The notes beneath the pieces are model-generated. The model worked only from the letters and a program-made list of their open reading frames with translations. It ran no database searches and had not been told where the DNA came from. From Fonticula alba ATCC 38817 (taxonomy: Eukaryota > Protista > Nucleariida), in NCBI GenBank assembly GCA_000388065.2, contig KB932215.1: a stretch of DNA of 7,558 nt; one strand, given 5' to 3'. The number at the start of each line of letters is the position of its first letter. The first letter of the stretch is position 1. This document shows, piece after piece, positions 6,462-7,558 of the stretch. A program made the translations under genes and the position numbers.

Positions 6462-7369
6462 CTACTTGGCGTGCTTCTTGAGGTATTTCCGCTCGAGCTC
6501 CGCGTACTTGGTGAGGCGCCGCTGGACACTGGAGGGCAGCTCACCGAAGCAGTTCTTGCAGAAGGGCTTGAGATCCCACTCGTAGTAGGGCGGCGGGATG
6601 ATGGCGTCCTTGGCCAGCTTGCCGGTGGCCGGGTCGATGTCGGCCGGCAGGAGGGACACCTCGCAGCCGACGCACACCATGTGCGACCGGCAGTAGTGCC
6701 GGCTGAAAACCGGGACACCTGGCAGGAGGAGGCGAGGACCAGGGGCGTGGGCAAAGGGGGAACAGGGGGGGAGCAGGGGGTAGGGTGAGATTAGGCCCGG
6801 CGGGGGGAGGCGCGCATGCCGATGCGGAACGGAAACCAAGCAGGGATTACGCACTGGCCTCCTGCGGGGACTTGAGGCAGCGGCCGCACATGGCCCCGCG
6901 GACCTCGTTGAAGTGGATCTCGCAGTAGGGCTTCCCCTCGTACTCGAAGAAGGACGACTGGCCGAAGGGCTTCTCGCAGCGGGTGCACACGAAGTGCTCC
7001 GGGTGGAATTGCTTGCCGAGGGCGGAAATACTGCGACCGTCGATCGGTCGCCGACAGACGTCGCAAGTGGCCGAGAGGGCTACGTGGTTTATCAGAGAGC
7101 GTGGGGGAGGGGGGGAGGGTCAGACCGGGGGGGGAAGAGCCGGGCAGCGGGGTGCAGCAAAGGCAGGGTCACCGGCGTACCCTTCTGATGGCAGGGCTGG
7201 CAATAGAGCTTATCGTCGAGCTCCTTGCAGTCGGCCGTCAGCACGGAGGAGCATGAGTGACAAGAGAAGTGCCGGGCGTGGTAGCGCTCGCGCTGGTACA
7301 CGATCAGCTCGTTCTTGCTCATGATGGGCTTTTGGCACTTGGCGCAGGTGGACCGGGTCTGCTGGAGGG
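6462..7369 (-). CDS. LIMS1: PINCH (LIMS)-type LIM-only adaptor, last three exons (LIM3, LIM4, LIM5 plus tail); join(~7369/7361/7358-7181, 7079-6855, 6718-6462); 5' partial
   Basis: Spliced translation: TCAKCQKPI..YHARHFSCHSCSSVLTADCKELDDKLYCQPCHQK-ALSA-TCDVCRRPIDGRSISALGKQFHPEHFVCTRCEKPFGQSSFFEYEGKPYCEIHFNEVRGAM-CGRCLKSPQEASVPVFSRHYCRSHMVCVGC..YYEWDLKPFCKNCFGELPSSVQRRLTKYAELERKYLKKHAK*. It parallels recalled human PINCH1 segments ([78 protein letters not shown]). LIM5 has Cys rather than His at the third ligand position, as PINCH does. Confidence 0.88.
6719..6854 (-). other. Intron within LIM5 of the PINCH-like gene (136 nt, phase 1)
   Basis: Donor GTGCGT at 6854 and acceptor CCTGCCAG at 6719. 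Splicing (A+GT=Ser) restores the exact C-x2-C-x16-C spacing of PINCH LIM5. Confidence 0.9.
7080..7180 (-). other. Intron between LIM3 and LIM4 of the PINCH-like gene (101 nt, phase 1)
   Basis: Donor GTACGC at 7180, C-rich tract with CTGAC/CTGAT, acceptor CGTAG at 7080. G+CC=Ala gives CHQK-ALSA-TCDVC. Confidence 0.9.
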
Positions 7370-7558
7370 CTGGGAGGGGAGGGGGGTCCCGAGGATGCAC
7401 ATGGTGCGGCACCGGGGCACGAAGAGAGCGGGAGGGTGTCAGCCAGTGACAACGCAGTTGTGCAGTATGGGTGTAGATGTGGGGGTGGGGGTGACGCTTG
7501 TATGTGCATGCGCGGAAATGCATGCGCGGAAATGCATGCGCGGAGATGCATGCGCGGA
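7370..7558 (-). other. 3' part of the intron upstream of the LIM3 exon (exact acceptor ambiguous)
   Basis: C-rich tract and GCTGAC (~7438-7443) precede AG dinucleotides at 7370, 7362 and 7359. No LIM-like residues are encoded upstream in frame. Confidence 0.7.
7505..7558. repeat. 14-bp tandem repeat TGCATGCGCGGAAA, about 3.9 copies, running off the window end
   Basis: Units start at 7505, 7519, 7533 (variant ending GGAGA) and 7547 (truncated by the window edge). Confidence 0.93.

Noticed and set aside
5363-6754. 463-aa minus-strand ORF as one protein
   Set aside because: It is a composite: an off-frame read of the PINCH intron and last exon, then intergenic homopolymers, and only 5740-5444 is credible coding sequence.
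6462-7369. Paxillin as the identity of the LIM protein
   Set aside because: LIM4 alone is paxillin-like, but LTAD-x-KEL in LIM3, Cys at the third ligand of the last LIM and the EWDLKP..LP..VQRRL tail match PINCH.

Overview
GC-rich, intron-containing eukaryotic genomic DNA with one 880-nt assembly gap (2939-3818). It holds three spliced protein-coding genes. (1) On +, the last exon (258-1783) of a long-form tRNase Z (ELAC2/Trz1 type), carrying the catalytic C-terminal half. (2) On -, a three-exon, low-complexity FxFG nucleoporin (5740-5444, 5316-4601, 4457-2306) whose reading frame enters the gap at S-G-T-W-A-C-P, which looks like the start of a RanBP2-type zinc finger (Nup153-like layout). 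(3) On -, the last three exons of a PINCH (LIMS)-type LIM protein (LIM3, LIM4, LIM5 and tail); the ORF track misses the LIM4 exon. Between the convergent tRNase Z and nucleoporin stops, a polarised 10-bp-unit tandem array is bracketed by two perfect palindromes (18 bp and 20 bp). No rRNA, tRNA, CRISPR array or transposase is visible. The organism cannot be identified from sequence alone; a unicellular opisthokont or amoeboid protist is only a guess. All reference-protein comparisons are from memory, not from a search.
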